DNA of 64,000 bases from an uncultured Thermoanaerobaculia bacterium (GCA_964552395.1 CAZKGM010000004.1:4749-68748), one strand, 5' to 3'; positions 9,449-18,651 are shown, numbered from the stretch's first letter. The notes: generated by a model not told the origin, from the sequence alone. A program made the numbers and translations.

Positions 9449-9501
9449 ATCGCCTCCTCAGTCGAGAGATAACGCCGGCGGCAATGGAATGCAACCGGAG
9501 T

Positions 9502-9566
9502 GGTGCCTGGGCCGGCACTTCTTGTACTTTCACTGGGCTGCCACCCGCCGAGATCAGCCCTCGGAC
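9502..9566 (+). repeat. intergenic repeat element, copy E (left-arm fragment)
   Basis: GGTGCCTGGGCCGGCACTTCTTGTACTTTCACTGGGCTGCCACCCGCCGAGATCAGCCCTCGGAC. It overlaps the last codons and stop (9554..9556) of the minus-strand kinase gene. Confidence 0.6.
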
Positions 9567-11818
9567 AGGTTCATCTTGTGCAGCAATGCCCTGTACCGGG
9601 GGTCGCTACGTACGGGATCGAAAAATGGAAAGGTTTTGATCGGTACGACCAGCGGGTCACGGGCCTCGACCGCTCGGTCCCACCAGTGAAAGGCCGCGTC
9701 CCAGTCCTCGAGGCCGACGTAGCCGAGCGCGAGCGTCGACGGCGGTATGTAGGCCTTCGCTGACATCGCCTCCGTCCGTTCGAGCAGCTTCAGCGCATCG
9801 TCCCGCCTTCCGGCCCGGCCGTAGGCGAGGGCCAGATACCCGATCGTGATAGGTGTCCCGCCCGAGAGCTCGCGCGCTTCCTCGAGCGCGGCCACGGCCT
9901 CGTCGGGCGTGTTGCGTTCGATGCAGGCGAGACCGATGACCAGGTGTCCGAGGAAATGGGTCGGGTCGAGCGCAAGCATGTGCCGGCCCTCGTCGTGCAT
10001 CCTCTCCGGGCGGTGTCTCAGGTACTCCACGGTGCTGACCCACCAGCGAACCAGCAGCGACAACGGGTCGCTCTGAAGCATCGCGGCGACTTCGGCCTCC
10101 GCCTCATCGATTCGCCCGTGGGGTATCAGACCGGCAATCGCGTAGCGCAATCGGACTGTCGGCGACTCCCGGTTGAGCTTGTGGGCGCGACTGAACTCGC
10201 GATCGACCTCGAGCCAGTTGTAGTCGAGCTCCTTGCGGAGCATGCCGAGCAGAGCGTGGGTCTCGGCAAGGTCGTCGTCGAGCTCGAGAGCCCGCAACGC
10301 GTGCCACATGCCCTCCGCGAATGCCTCGCGGGGCGACAGGCCGCCGAAGAATCCGAGGTACCAATACAGCTCCGCCAGCGAGTCATGGGTCAGGGCGAAG
10401 TTCGGGTCGAGTTCGATTGCACGCTTGAAGCACTGCAACGCCGTCTCCATGGCCTCCGGTGTCCCCCTCGCGAAGTAATGACGGCCCTCGAGGAACAGCG
10501 AGTGAGCCTCCGGGTCGACGGCGGGCCGGCGTTGACCGCGTTCCTCCTCCTTGAGCCCGATCCGCAGCCGCTCGACGATCGCCTCGGCGATCTCGTCTTC
10601 GAGGGCCAGGATGTCAGTCAGCTCGCTGTCGAAGCGCTCGCTCCACAGGTGGCTTGCGTCGGCCGTCGTGACCAGCTGCACGGCAATCCGCACTCGCTGG
10701 CCAGCGCGCCGCACACTGCCCTCGAGGATGCTGTCGACGTCCAATCTCGCCCCGGCCTCGTGTACGTCGAGGCCCATCCGGGCGACAGCAAACGACGAGG
10801 TGCGGGCGATCACCCGCAGTCCCGGAACCCGGGTGAGCACGTTGATGATCTCCTCGGCAAGACCTTCGCAGAGGTAGTCGTCCTTCTCGTCGCCGGACAT
10901 GTTGGCGAACGGCAGCACGGCGATCGATGCTCGCTCCCGATCGACGCCCGCCGCCGGGCCCGTTTCGATCGCCGCCGCCAGCTCGTCGGCCGACTGAAAC
11001 CGCTTCCCTGCGTCCTTCTCCAGGCATTTCGTGACCAGCCGGGCGATTCTCGGGTTGACCCCGGTGAGCGGCGACGGATCGTCACGAAGCAGCGCGACGA
11101 GCGTTCCCGCCTCAGAGCTCCCCACGAAGGGACGCCGCCCGGCCAGCATTTCATACAGCACCGTGCCGAGGCTGAAGAGGTCGCTGCGTGCGTCGACCAT
11201 TCGCCCCCCGGCCTGCTCGGGAGACATGTAGCCGATAGTCCCTATCACGGTGCCCTCGCGAGTGAGCGGTGCCTCGATCGAGCGCGTTTCGGTCTCGGCA
11301 TCCGCCACCTCGTGGGAGGCGGCGAGGCCGAAGTCGAGGATCTTGATTCGACCGTCCGCACACAGAAAGATGTTGGAAGGCTTGATGTCGCGGTGTACCA
11401 CGCCCTTGCCGTGGGCCGCGCCAAGTCCGCTGGCCGTCGCGACGCCGATCTCCCGCACCCGTCGCCAGGGCAGCGGGCCGGGTTCCTTACGGAGATGCTC
11501 GCGCAAGGTCTCCCCTTCGAGAAGCTCGGTCACCGAGTAGGTGACCTCGCCCTCGGTGTCGAAGTCGAAGATCTCGAGGATGTTCGGATGGGAGAGGGCA
11601 GCGACGGCTTTGGCCTCACGTTGGAACCGGCGCAGGCGGTCGGGATCGGCCGCCACCTCCTCCGGCAGCACCTTGATCGCGACATCCCGATCCAGGCGTT
11701 CGTCGTAGGCCCGGAAGACCACACCCATCCCACCCGCGCCGATCTGCTCCACGATGCGGTAGTGGCCGAGAGTGCGGCCGATCAGGTCGTCCATGGTTGT
11801 AGATCCCAGCGCGCCCAT
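9554..11818 (-). CDS. serine/threonine protein kinase with TolB-N-like domain and C-terminal TPR repeats
   Basis: 754 aa. Hanks kinase motifs GAGGMGVVFRA, AIK, HRDIKPSNIF, DFGLA, GYMSPEQ. Then IAVLPFANMSGD..DYLCEGLAEEI (a module common in TPR-linked kinases and cyclases), then TPR-like repeats. The start could be ATG 11794 (MDDLIGRTLGHY). Confidence 0.9.
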   Translation of the reverse strand: MGALGSTTMDDLIGRTLGHYRIVEQIGAGGMGVVFRAYDERLDRDVAIKVLPEEVAADPDRLRRFQREAKAVAALSHPNILEIFDFDTEGEVTYSVTELLEGETLREHLRKEPGPLPWRRVREIGVATASGLGAAHGKGVVHRDIKPSNIFLCADGRIKILDFGLAASHEVADAETETRSIEAPLTREGTVIGTIGYMSPEQAGGRMVDARSDLFSLGTVLYEMLAGRRPFVGSSEAGTLVALLRDDPSPLTGVNPRIARLVTKCLEKDAGKRFQSADELAAAIETGPAAGVDRERASIAVLPFANMSGDEKDDYLCEGLAEEIINVLTRVPGLRVIARTSSFAVARMGLDVHEAGARLDVDSILEGSVRRAGQRVRIAVQLVTTADASHLWSERFDSELTDILALEDEIAEAIVERLRIGLKEEERGQRRPAVDPEAHSLFLEGRHYFARGTPEAMETALQCFKRAIELDPNFALTHDSLAELYWYLGFFGGLSPREAFAEGMWHALRALELDDDLAETHALLGMLRKELDYNWLEVDREFSRAHKLNRESPTVRLRYAIAGLIPHGRIDEAEAEVAAMLQSDPLSLLVRWWVSTVEYLRHRPERMHDEGRHMLALDPTHFLGHLVIGLACIERNTPDEAVAALEEARELSGGTPITIGYLALAYGRAGRRDDALKLLERTEAMSAKAYIPPSTLALGYVGLEDWDAAFHWWDRAVEARDPLVVPIKTFPFFDPVRSDPRYRALLHKMNLSEG

Positions 11819-11842
11819 GATATCGCAGCTCGAGATGGCGAT

Positions 11843-11970
11843 GGTACCGAGGCTGCTTCCACACGTCGAACCGCCGGACCGGCTCGGAGCCTGCGGACGC
11901 GTATGACGGTCACGATCGACAGCTCAGCAAGTTGATGCAGGAGCAGGATGACAAGTGTGTCGCGACCTGG
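11843..11970 (+). repeat. intergenic repeat element, copy F (short left arm, variant-2 right end)
   Basis: GGTACCGAGGCTGCTTCCACACGTCGAACCGCCGGACCGGCTCGGAGCCTGCGGACGCGTATGACGGTCACGATCGACAGCTCAGCAAGTTGATGCAGGAGCAGGATGACAAGTGTGTCGCGACCTGG. Confidence 0.75.
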
Positions 11971-12121
11971 ACCCATGAGCAGGTCCGGCCTGGCTGGCGA
12001 CTTCTCGGGGAACGAGCTCACTGCGGATAACTTCCCACCTACCGGAGGTTGACTCGACGCGGCTCTGCAGATACGATCGGACCAGTGTAGCCAGAACAAC
12101 AGAACCGGGAACGGGAGGAGG

Positions 12122-13552
12122 ATGACGATGTCACGGTCCGGAAACCTGGTCTGGCTTGGTTGCATCCTCGGCGTGCTCGCTGTCGGATGCGCCAGCACAT
12201 ACCAGGAGACAAGCTTCCAATCCACTCCAATGTCACCCGACGGCTGGGTGGCGAAGGTCGACGAGTTCGTGATCATCGCGGACGCGTCGCAGTCGATGTC
12301 CGAGTTCTCGGACAGAGCCGTCAAGCTGTCTGTCGAGCGCGATCTCCTGGCAAGCATGAACCGCGCCCTCCCCGAGCTCGCTTACTCCGACGGGCTCCGT
12401 GTGTTCGGACGTGGCAGCTGCCTGCCGAAAGGCAGGACCAACCTGATCGAGGGCATGGGCGCCTACTCGACCGCTGAGCTCGGCGATGCGATCGCCCGCC
12501 TGAAGTGCACGGGCGGCAGAAGTCCCCTCGACCTGGCACTCATAGCTACCGCCTCGGACCTGCACAGTACGGGAGGCCGGAAGGCGGTTGTCGTGGTCAG
12601 CGACGGAATGAACATGAACGAGAGTGAGGTCAACGCCGCCACCGCACTGAAGCAGAAGTTCGGTGACGACCTCTGCATCTACACCATCCACATCGGCAAC
12701 GAGGGCATCGGCGGCTCGTTACTCAAGAGGGTCGCGGACGCCGGCGGCTGCGGGTTCGCGACCTCGGCGGCGGCGCTGACCGGGAATGCGGAGATGGCGA
12801 AGTTCGTCGAGGAGGTCTTTGTCGAGCGCGACAGCGATGGCGACGGTGTAGCCGATCGTGTCGACAAGTGCCCCGGTACGCCGAAGGGGGTCGCGGTCGA
12901 CGCCAACGGCTGCCCGCCGGACGCCGACGGCGACGGCGTACCGGACTACCTCGACAAGTGCCCAGACACTCCTGGTGGTGTGACCGTTGACGCCAACGGC
13001 TGTCCGCCTGACACCGACGGCGACGGCGTGCCGGACTACCTCGACAAGTGCCCGAACACCCCCAGTGGTGTGACCGTCGACGTCAATGGCTGTCCGATAG
13101 ATTCCGACGGCGACGGGGTGCCGGACAGCCTGGACAAGTGCCCGAATACGCCGCGCGGGGTGCCGGTCGACGCCAGCGGCTGCCCGCCGGCCGGGATCAT
13201 CGTCCGTGGCGCCGAGTGGTCGGTACAGGGAAAGGTCCTGTTCGACCTCAACAAGGCCAGCATCAAGAGAGAGGCGGAGGAGGTTCTCGGAACGGTGGCC
13301 AACTTCCTCAAGAAGAACCCACAGTACAAGGTCGAGATCCAAGGCCACACCGACTCGACCGGGACCGCGGGGTGGAACATGAAGCTCTCCCTGATGCGTG
13401 CCGACTCGGTCAAGGCGTTCCTCGTCGATCACGGAGTTGGCGCCGACCGGCTCACTACGAAGGGCCTCGGCCCCCACGAGCCGGTGGCCCCGAACGACAC
13501 CGCCGCGGGGCGCCGGCTGAACCGCCGCGTCGACTTCAAGCCATCTGAGTGA
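12122..13552 (+). CDS. OmpA-family lipoprotein with vWA domain and four thrombospondin type-3 (calcium-binding) repeats
   Basis: 476 aa. RBS GGGAGGAGG directly precedes ATG 12122, so the second ATG at 12128 may be the true start. Lipobox LAVGC. vWA MIDAS-like IIADASQSMS. 4x DxDGDGVxDxxDKCPxTP repeats. C-terminal OmpA motif GHTDSTGTAGWNMKLSLMRADSVKAFL..NRRVDF. Confidence 0.9.
   Translation: MTMSRSGNLVWLGCILGVLAVGCASTYQETSFQSTPMSPDGWVAKVDEFVIIADASQSMSEFSDRAVKLSVERDLLASMNRALPELAYSDGLRVFGRGSCLPKGRTNLIEGMGAYSTAELGDAIARLKCTGGRSPLDLALIATASDLHSTGGRKAVVVVSDGMNMNESEVNAATALKQKFGDDLCIYTIHIGNEGIGGSLLKRVADAGGCGFATSAAALTGNAEMAKFVEEVFVERDSDGDGVADRVDKCPGTPKGVAVDANGCPPDADGDGVPDYLDKCPDTPGGVTVDANGCPPDTDGDGVPDYLDKCPNTPSGVTVDVNGCPIDSDGDGVPDSLDKCPNTPRGVPVDASGCPPAGIIVRGAEWSVQGKVLFDLNKASIKREAEEVLGTVANFLKKNPQYKVEIQGHTDSTGTAGWNMKLSLMRADSVKAFLVDHGVGADRLTTKGLGPHEPVAPNDTAAGRRLNRRVDFKPSE
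12830..13201 (+). repeat. 4 x 93-bp in-frame tandem coding repeats (TSP3 units) inside the vWA-OmpA gene
   Basis: DSDGDGVADRVDKCPGTPKGVAVDANGCPP / DADGDGVPDYLDKCPDTPGGVTVDANGCPP / DTDGDGVPDYLDKCPNTPSGVTVDVNGCPI / DSDGDGVPDSLDKCPNTPRGVPVDASGCPP. Confidence 0.9.
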
Positions 13553-13572
13553 CCCGTCAACCTACAACCTCA

Positions 13573-13600
13573 GGGGCCCCTCCGGGGGCCCCTTTTCTTT
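13573..13600 (+). terminator. rho-independent terminator of the vWA-OmpA gene
   Basis: GGGGCCCC-tccg-GGGGCCCC (8-bp GC stem) is followed directly by TTTTCTTT, 21 nt after the stop codon. Confidence 0.85.
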
Positions 13601-13651
13601 GCCCCGCCAGGGCGATCCAACCCCGAAACTCATCCGCATCCGCGGCGGGCC

Positions 13652-13831
13652 GGTGCCAGGGCCGGTGCCAGGGTCGACACTTTTGGCATTCTTGGTGAGC
13701 TGCTACCCAGCGCTACCTCACCTCGGACCGCCGGGCCGGCCCGGAGCGTGCGGACGCATATGATGGTCTCGATCGCGAGCTCAGCGGGTTCAGGAATGCG
13801 TCGAGAAGGGCGGAATGGCGTGACTGGCACC
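13652..13831 (+). repeat. intergenic repeat element, copy G (best-preserved, variant-1 ends)
   Basis: (GCCGGTGCCAGG x2)GTCGACACTTTTGGCATTCTT-GGTGAG-ctgctacccagcgctac-CTCACC-TCGGACCGCCGGGCCGGCCCGGAGCGTGCGGACGCATATGATGGTCTCGATCGCGAGCTCAGCGGGTTCAGGAATGCGTCGAGAAGGGCGGAATGGCGTGACTGGCACC, followed by CTTTTCCTTTTCC. The ends GGTGCCAG / CTGGCACC are perfect inverted repeats. Confidence 0.85.
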
Positions 13832-13848
13832 TTTTCCTTTTCCGGTTC

Positions 13849-14238
13849 TCAATCTGGAGCCTGCCCGTACCAGTTGTAGAAGAACGAGATCTTGCCCTCG
13901 TCGTTCCACTTGACCTGAAGAGCGTTCTCCATGCGAGCGGAGCCGCTTTGGACACGCACGACCATGGCGGCCGAGTTGGTCTCGACGTCGATAATCCTGT
14001 CTGTGTACTCGACCTCCATCTGCTCGACATTCGAGAAGAAGCTCTCGTATATCGCTCTGATTCCCTGCCGGTCGGTCTCTCTCTTGGTGTTCCAGGGGTT
14101 GTCGGGATCTGTGCCCGCACCGTGGACGATGTGATCAAACTCCTCAGCGAACAGCTCGGCCACGGCGCCGGCGTTTCTCTCCTTCACGGCCTTCGCATAC
14201 GCTTCGATCCGTTCGTCCAGCTGTTCTCGGGTAGTCAT
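13849..14238 (-). CDS. SnoaL-like / NTF2-fold protein (ketosteroid-isomerase-like)
   Basis: 129 aa. The pattern MTTREQLDERIEAYAKAVKERNAGAVAELFAEEF...IRAIYESFF...W(x)DEGKI is typical of the small NTF2-like SnoaL family. Confidence 0.7.
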   Translation of the reverse strand: MTTREQLDERIEAYAKAVKERNAGAVAELFAEEFDHIVHGAGTDPDNPWNTKRETDRQGIRAIYESFFSNVEQMEVEYTDRIIDVETNSAAMVVRVQSGSARMENALQVKWNDEGKISFFYNWYGQAPD

Positions 14239-14274
14239 TGCTGGTCCTCCTTGGCGTCGGCGCCGGGTCAGATG

Positions 14275-14401
14275 GGTGCAAGGGCCGACACTGTTTGCAC
14301 TTTGGCTGGCCCGCCACCCACCTCCATCTTACTTCGATCCGCCGTGCCGACTCGGAGCGTACGGACTCTCGATCGAGAGCTCGGATGGCGTCACTGGTAC
14401 C
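14275..14401 (+). repeat. intergenic repeat element, copy H (core with ~12-nt deletion)
   Basis: GGTGCAAGGGCCGACACTGTTTGCACTTTGGCTGGCCCGCCACCCACCTCCATCTTACTTCGATCCGCCGTGCCGACTCGGAGCGTACGGA^CTCTCGATCGAGAGCTCGGATGGCGTCACTGGTACC. The GCGTATGATGG block is missing. Confidence 0.75.
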
Positions 14402-14704
14402 TCTTCTTCTTCAACAGGCGCCTTTTCGATACGAAGTCCACGGCACAGAACCGGCGGTGGTTCATGGTGGACATCCGGGCGGTGCTCCTTCTCGGGCCGG
14501 CCATCATCCGGGACGAGCTCAAGGAGGTTTCCGAGCTTGCCGGCATGATGTTGCTCCGGAAGGGGAGCTATCCCGCGGCGCAGCCGGTGAGCTCGCACGA
14601 CTGGGAGGCTATTGTCGCCCTCCGGGCGTGAAAACGACCTACGAGCCTGGTTGACGCCGTGCGCCGCTCCTCGTAGTGTGGTAGAAACGCATCCGGAGGG
14701 TGCC

Positions 14705-15274
14705 ATGTCCAACCTTGTCTTCCACGTTGCAAAGAACAACTACCAGCTCGAAGGAACCCACTCGGCCCATGACGTGGCGGGCCTGGTTGCCCAGGATCCC
14801 GGCGCCTCCTTCCAGGTGTGGACGGAGGGCATGGCCGGCTGGGCCGATCCGGCCGCCGTACCGGAGATCGCCGGACTCCTGGCACCCGCCGCGATGGCCG
14901 CGCCTCCGGCAGCGGGTGTGGAGGCCGCCGTCTCTGGAAGGGAAGAAAGCGGCGCCCGACAGCTCGGTTTCGTTCGCTCCCTCTTCGACCTGAGCTTCTC
15001 CTCCTTCGTGACGCCAAGAATGATCAAGGCGTTCTACATCATCGGTTTTGTCCTTGCCGCCCTGGGTGCTGTCGGTGCGCTCGTTTCGGGCGTGGGGTCC
15101 TTCGTCAGCGGTGTCAGGTACTCACGGTGGGGCTTTGCGTTCCTGGGACTGGTTTGGATCGTCCTCTCCCCGGTGATCTTCATCGTGGAGCTGGCCCTGG
15201 GGCGCATGTTCCTGGAAGTGGTCATGGCGCTGTTCAAGATCAAGGAGAACCTCGACATCCTGGCCGGAAAGTAA
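14705..15274 (+). CDS. GYF_2 (DUF4339)-domain plus DUF4282-like membrane protein
   Basis: Track ORF 14612..15274. GGAGGG RBS then ATG 14705. N-terminus MSNLVFHVAKNNYQLEGTHSAHDVAGLVAQDPGASFQVWTEGMAGWADPAAVPEIA fits the bacterial GYF_2 pattern. The C-terminal FDLSFSSFVTPRMIKAFYIIGFVLAALGA...EVVMALFKIKENL fits DUF4282 (two TM helices). Family names are from memory. Confidence 0.7.
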   Translation: MSNLVFHVAKNNYQLEGTHSAHDVAGLVAQDPGASFQVWTEGMAGWADPAAVPEIAGLLAPAAMAAPPAAGVEAAVSGREESGARQLGFVRSLFDLSFSSFVTPRMIKAFYIIGFVLAALGAVGALVSGVGSFVSGVRYSRWGFAFLGLVWIVLSPVIFIVELALGRMFLEVVMALFKIKENLDILAGK

Positions 15275-15412
15275 GATGTCCGTACGGTTCGGCGCTGAGT
15301 GGCCGCGCTGGTGGCCGGGCCAGCTGGGGCAAGGCCGAGTCAGGATCCCGGCTGCCGCATCCGTTCTCAGCGAAAGCCCGGAGGCCAGCCCGGTGCGGAA
15401 AGCGTAGGCAGA

Positions 15413-17851
15413 ATGCGCCGGTGTCCTGCTTGCCATGCCGAGCTGCCGGAAGGCGCCCGCTTCTGTGGGCGATGCGGCCGGCCGTTCCCCGTTGGGCAGG
15501 AACCACCTCTTCCGTCCGCGGGCCGCGCGCTTCCACCGCCGCTCTCGTCTTCCGCTCTTCCCGGCCCACCGCCGCTGCCGGGAGTGCTCCAGCCCCCCCG
15601 CCTCTCCACACCGCCGCCGTTGTCGCCTGCCGCCCCCGGGCCACCCGCGGTTCCTCCCGCGGCAGCACGGGTCTTGCGGAAGAGGGGAAAGAAACGACGC
15701 GTGGTTCTGGCCGTGGTCGCGGCACCTCTCCTGGTGCTCGCCGTTTTGCGGATAACGCCGGCCATCATGGATGCGCTGAACGCTCTGCCGGCTCGTCCGG
15801 ACGCGCCCGCCGGCGTGCCCCTGGAGGTTGACGAGTCCACGCTGACCCGGGTTCCTCTCGGGAGCAAGAAGTTGGCGGCAGATCCCGAGGCTGCACCGGT
15901 CGTTGCCTTCGGCGAGGTCCGGGTGGAGCTTCCCCCTGGGGCGGTTTCCAAACCATCCCTGCTCGAGGTCTCAGCACTGACGGGCGTCGACTTCTCCGGT
16001 GCTGTGGCCGCCACGGGCGTGGAGGTCTCCCTCGGTGACATCCACCGCTTCGACGAGCCGGTCGCCATCTCGATGCCCGGGGGCCGCGCTTTCCGGGGAC
16101 TGACCACGGGAGACCGTGTGGTCTGTCTGACGCGGCGCAAGGAGGGTGCACCCTACGAGGCGGTCCCGAGCCTCCTGGACGGAAGGGGCCGCATCACAGT
16201 TCTGACGGACCACCTCAGTCCATTCCATGCCATCCGCCTCGCCGGGGACGTGCGGCGTCAGCACTCTCCCACCATGAAGATTTCAGACAACGAGATCCCC
16301 TTCGCCGTGTGGATCCGGGATCAACGGGCCCTCCACACTCTGGCGAAGGTAACAACGGCCGATGCAAGGAACCTTGGCCCCGGGGCGGCGTCCCTGGCCT
16401 GGTCCGGGTTCAACGAGGCCTTCGCCCTCGGCACCAACGCTACGGCACTTGCGGAGAACGCCGCCTTCATGGACGGGCTGGCCCCCCTCAACAAGTACGT
16501 GCCTGAGATCGGCATGGGGCTGGCGCTGGTCCAGCTGGCCATGGATCTCAACGGCGACGATACAACCAGGCGCAACGGGGTCCTCAACTTCATCAAGTCC
16601 TCGGGCTACTACGCCATTGCCAAGAAGCTCCCAACACGGGCCATGAACATCGCCATGGTGGGCGTCTTCGCCATCGACTACAGCTTGAACGCCTTCGGCC
16701 AGGAGGCATGGGCCGGCCGGAAGGAGATGTACGAGACGCTCGGGAAGCGCTGGCTTCAACTCCGGCGGCAGGATGGGGAAGGAGCTGCGTTCTGGAAAAC
16801 GCGATTGAGGAAGGTGTTCCGGGCTCACGAGGACGACCCGGCGGGTTTGGCCGATGCGGTGGAGGCCAGCTACGACGAGTACGTTGCCCAGTTCTTCCAA
16901 GATGACACTGAGATTGCGCTTCTGCAGAAGGGGTTCGGGGGAGGCGGTGGACTGAACGATGATGTGCGTTCCGAGCTCTCTGCCGGTTTGAAGGAGGAGC
17001 TCAAACAGCGGACACGAGCCGTGGTCTCTGCCCTGGCCAATCAGGCGATTGTGCTCCAGCAGAGGGCCGTTCGCGAACGGCTCCGGGCGGCTGCGGCTTA
17101 CCTCAACGCCACCCACGAAATCCGTTTCGTCGTGAAGCCGGGACCGGACGAGAAGACAGACGGGCTAGCAGGGCGGGAGGTCGGGCTCGCGGTTGAAGAC
17201 CGGCGCAAGGCCAAACTGTGGAGGACCACCCTGGACGCCGACGGCCGTGCGATCTTCCGGTGTACGAATCTCGGCTATATCGACGCCGGTTTTCCCAAGC
17301 GCGCCTACCTGATTCTCCCGGCGGAGGGGGGGCAGCCGTCGGAAACCATCCAGCGTTCCTTCCGGCTCTCCAGGGCCCGTGTCATCACCGTGGAATTCGG
17401 AAACGACGCCGATCTCGCCGGGACCTGGGCAGGCACGCTGAAGATCGAATCGGCGGGCAAAGCCGTCCATTTCATACGTGAAATGATGATCAAGTTCGCC
17501 GTGTCCTTCGGAGCCGACGAGCCCAGCGCCAGGCGCGGAATCGAAGCGGTGGTCGAAGAGGCGCCCGACCTCAAGCGGCCCCGCAAGCTCCGGCTGAAGC
17601 TCTCCCCGGACCCCCGAGGACGTAACGGACGCTACCTGGTCGAGCTGAGCCTCGACGGCGAGAAGGCCACGGGAGTGGGCCAGGTCAGTGGGCGTCAGCT
17701 CAAGGTCGAGGTGCACTGGAAGGACCGGTCTGCCACACAGCTCGTTGGGACGCTCCGTGGGGAGAGGCAGCTGGAGGGAAGGTTCGCGATCAAGGCGTAC
17801 GGTTTGGGGCCGACGTCTATCTCCGGCCAGTGGAGCGCGGCACGGAAGTGA
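15413..17851 (+). CDS. zinc-ribbon / proline-rich / single-TM protein with large uncharacterised extracytoplasmic region
   Basis: Track ORF 15299..17851. The likely start is ATG 15413 (MRRCPACHAELPEGARFCGRCGRPF, a CxxC..CxxC zinc ribbon). A Pro-rich linker follows, then KRGKKRRVVLAVVAAPLLVLAVL (TM) and ~700 aa with no recognised domain. Confidence 0.7.
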   Translation: MRRCPACHAELPEGARFCGRCGRPFPVGQEPPLPSAGRALPPPLSSSALPGPPPLPGVLQPPRLSTPPPLSPAAPGPPAVPPAAARVLRKRGKKRRVVLAVVAAPLLVLAVLRITPAIMDALNALPARPDAPAGVPLEVDESTLTRVPLGSKKLAADPEAAPVVAFGEVRVELPPGAVSKPSLLEVSALTGVDFSGAVAATGVEVSLGDIHRFDEPVAISMPGGRAFRGLTTGDRVVCLTRRKEGAPYEAVPSLLDGRGRITVLTDHLSPFHAIRLAGDVRRQHSPTMKISDNEIPFAVWIRDQRALHTLAKVTTADARNLGPGAASLAWSGFNEAFALGTNATALAENAAFMDGLAPLNKYVPEIGMGLALVQLAMDLNGDDTTRRNGVLNFIKSSGYYAIAKKLPTRAMNIAMVGVFAIDYSLNAFGQEAWAGRKEMYETLGKRWLQLRRQDGEGAAFWKTRLRKVFRAHEDDPAGLADAVEASYDEYVAQFFQDDTEIALLQKGFGGGGGLNDDVRSELSAGLKEELKQRTRAVVSALANQAIVLQQRAVRERLRAAAAYLNATHEIRFVVKPGPDEKTDGLAGREVGLAVEDRRKAKLWRTTLDADGRAIFRCTNLGYIDAGFPKRAYLILPAEGGQPSETIQRSFRLSRARVITVEFGNDADLAGTWAGTLKIESAGKAVHFIREMMIKFAVSFGADEPSARRGIEAVVEEAPDLKRPRKLRLKLSPDPRGRNGRYLVELSLDGEKATGVGQVSGRQLKVEVHWKDRSATQLVGTLRGERQLEGRFAIKAYGLGPTSISGQWSAARK

Positions 17852-17948
17852 CCCGCGTGGTCGGGGCCCTCGGTGAGGCCGACGGAGTTTCATCTTCCCA
17901 ATTTCCCAAGTCTTGGCACCGGCGTGAATCGGCTGATCGACGCCTCGT

Positions 17949-18164
17949 TCAAGCCTCCTCGAGGGTGAAGACCTCCTCGAGCGGCCGCCCGAAGACACGG
18001 GCGATCCGGAAGGCGAGGGCCAGTGACGGCACGTAACGGCCCTGCTCGAGGGCGATGATGGTCTGGCGGGTGCAGCCGACCCGATCCGCGAGCTCCTGCT
18101 GGGTCATTTCCCCGTGCTCAAAACGCAGCCGGCGGACGTGGTTGGAGATCTCAGCTTTGGCCAT
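17949..18164 (-). CDS. XRE-family helix-turn-helix transcriptional regulator (small, ~71 aa)
   Basis: This is the inner part of track ORF 17949..18383. [71 protein letters not shown] is the classic Cro/C1 HTH_3 pattern (TQxELAxxxGxSRxTIxxxExG). It overlaps the upstream gene by 14 nt (translational coupling). Confidence 0.85.
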   Translation of the reverse strand: MAKAEISNHVRRLRFEHGEMTQQELADRVGCTRQTIIALEQGRYVPSLALAFRIARVFGRPLEEVFTLEEA

Positions 18165-18606
18165 GGCCGCCCATTCCGTGGTGAAGCAGCAGCGTCGCGG
18201 TGGCATGGCAGAGGTAGGCGAGTATGACTGTGGCGTAGCCCAGGAACCACATCCAGCCGACCGGCACACAGCCGGCCTGCCGACAAACCTCCCAGAGAAC
18301 GATGCAGGCGAGGTAGACGATCGAGAGCACGACGACGAGGGTGGTGACGCTGGCACGGGCCGCGATGCGTTCGTCCCTCTCATCCGCGATCATCGGCTTG
18401 GCGCCCGGTCGAGACCGGGTGAGCCACAGCATGAGGAAGTAGGCGAGGAACCCGCAGCCGATCAAGACGGCGGTCGCGAGGACTCGCAGTCTCTCAACCC
18501 CGAAGGCTTCAGGCCCGCCGCCGCCGAAAAACACCGCCGCCAGACTAGCGGCGGCGCAGCCCCAAACGGCGAGGGTGAAGAGCGCGCGCTTCTCGGTCTG
18601 TGTCAT
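18151..18606 (-). CDS. 4-TM membrane protein co-transcribed with the XRE regulator
   Basis: Track ORF 18151..18645. GGGAGG RBS 6 nt before ATG 18606 ([27 protein letters not shown]...). Four hydrophobic helices. A small HTH gene paired with a membrane protein is a common arrangement. Confidence 0.65.
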   Translation of the reverse strand: MTQTEKRALFTLAVWGCAAASLAAVFFGGGGPEAFGVERLRVLATAVLIGCGFLAYFLMLWLTRSRPGAKPMIADERDERIAARASVTTLVVVLSIVYLACIVLWEVCRQAGCVPVGWMWFLGYATVILAYLCHATATLLLHHGMGGHGQS

Positions 18607-18651
18607 GCCAACCTCCCAAGGGCCGGGTACCGTCGTGTCCGTCATCTTGAA

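Noticed and set aside
12830-13201. Regular 93-bp tandem repeats as a possible CRISPR-like array.
   Set aside because: The units are contiguous with no spacers, in frame, and encode thrombospondin type-3 calcium-binding repeats.
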